Assembly (NCBI GenBank): GCA_036500345.1
Contig: DASYCE010000017.1
Span: 10,071-74,070, forward strand
Direction: 5' to 3'
DNA: 64,000 nt
From: Gemmatimonadales bacterium
GTDB taxonomy: Bacteria > Gemmatimonadota > Gemmatimonadetes > Gemmatimonadales > GWC2-71-9
The translations under genes were made by a program, and so were the position numbers. Below, piece by piece: positions 63,482 through 64,000 of this stretch (positions are counted from its first letter, which is position 1; each line of letters opens with the position of its first letter). Below the pieces are notes generated by a model. The model worked only from the letters and a program-made list of their open reading frames with translations. It had not been told where the DNA came from and did not search any database.

Positions 63482-63914
63482 TGGCCCGGGGAGGGTCAAC
63501 GCCAACATCAACGTCACGCCGATGATCGACGTGATGCTGGTGCTCCTGATCATCTTCATGATCGTGACGCCGCTCCTCGAGGCCGGTTTCAAGGCCACGA
63601 TGCCGACCGCCGCGAACACGGAGCAGAAGCCGGAGGGCGATGACGAGATCACGCTCGGCGTCGACGAACAGGGGAACTATTTCCTCAACAAGCAGCCGAT
63701 GTCGAAGCAGCAGGTCGAGTCGCAACTCACATCGATGTTCGCCACCCGGACCAAGGACAAGCTCCTGTACTTCAAGGCGGATGAGGGGCTCAAGTATTCC
63801 AAGATCCAGGAAGCGATCGAAATCGGGCGTCGCGCCGGAGCTCGTCAGCTGGTGGCCATTGTGGAGCACCACGGCGGCCTGATGGGCGGCGACGACAAGA
63901 GCAAGGGGAAGTAA
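63456..63914 (+). CDS. exbD: ExbD/TolR biopolymer transport protein
   Basis: INVTPMIDVMLVLLIIFMI followed by a periplasmic domain. The GTG start is at 63456 or 63462 and overlaps the exbB end. Confidence 0.85.
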   Translation: MAVAISTASGPGRVNANINVTPMIDVMLVLLIIFMIVTPLLEAGFKATMPTAANTEQKPEGDDEITLGVDEQGNYFLNKQPMSKQQVESQLTSMFATRTKDKLLYFKADEGLKYSKIQEAIEIGRRAGARQLVAIVEHHGGLMGGDDKSKGK

Positions 63915-63915
63915 C

Positions 63916-64000
63916 ATGGCAATGTCGACCGGGGGCTCGGGAGCGATCAATTCCGAGCCCAATGTGACCCCGATGATCGACGTGCTCCTGGTGCTGCTCA
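63916..64000 (+). CDS. exbD: Second ExbD/TolR paralogue, N-terminal fragment (runs off the window)
   Basis: ATG at 63916, 1 nt after the previous TAA. MAMSTGGSGAINSEPNVTPMIDVLLVLL matches the ExbD N-terminus. Confidence 0.7.
   Translation, partial: MAMSTGGSGAINSEPNVTPMIDVLLVLL

Overview
Very GC-rich bacterial chromosomal DNA, densely coding on both strands: about 57 protein genes and one tRNA-Ala. I found no rRNA, CRISPR array, transposase, integrase or phage genes. The gene content (PadR plus orphan duplicated FtsX/MacB-type permeases, 6-bladed beta-propellers, alternative complex III, many hybrid kinases) is what I associate with Gemmatimonadota/Acidobacteriota-like soil bacteria; that placement is inference only.

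Layout, left to right:
- speA 3' end.
- Two mirror-image PadR-permease modules bracketing two paralogous beta-propeller genes and an 11-residue-repeat tail-anchored protein.
- A stand-alone DUF2779-type fused nuclease.
- gltA, a degenerate ADP-ribosylglycohydrolase-like gene, an acyl-CoA dehydrogenase, queF, dinB, a beta-hydroxyacid dehydrogenase and a TrmH-family methyltransferase.
- A complete actABCDEF alternative complex III operon.
- A hybrid kinase, an ECF sigma/anti-sigma pair, a YkgJ-like Cys-cluster protein and a lipoprotein cupredoxin.
- A four-gene overlap-coupled operon (SPT-like alpha-oxoamine synthase, GNAT-like acyltransferase, SDR/epimerase-like reductase, PAP2 transferase).
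- M6 metalloprotease, small lipoprotein and HemY.
- A roughly 530-bp gene-free gap and a frameshifted beta-barrel OMP gene.
- A CHASE3 kinase / REC / REC-kinase phosphorelay followed by an RND efflux operon.
- tRNA-Ala(TGC), a parvulin PPIase and two hypotheticals.
- sodA, peroxiredoxin, an NTF2-like gene, then kinase / OmpR-type regulator / kinase.
- tonB-exbB-exbD-exbD (last gene truncated by the window end).

Most noteworthy:
1. The overlap-coupled operon at 32673-36881 looks like a bacterial ceramide/phosphosphingolipid pathway.
2. A structured ~48-nt repeat flanks dinB, with compensatory base changes between its two copies.
3. The DUF2779 gene fuses a Cas4-like PD-(D/E)XK nuclease to an exonuclease-like domain.
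4. The 11-mer repeat tail-anchored protein sits inside the PadR/orphan-permease island.

Many long ORFs in the six-frame track are antisense artefacts of the high GC content. Several real genes were trimmed to internal start codons.
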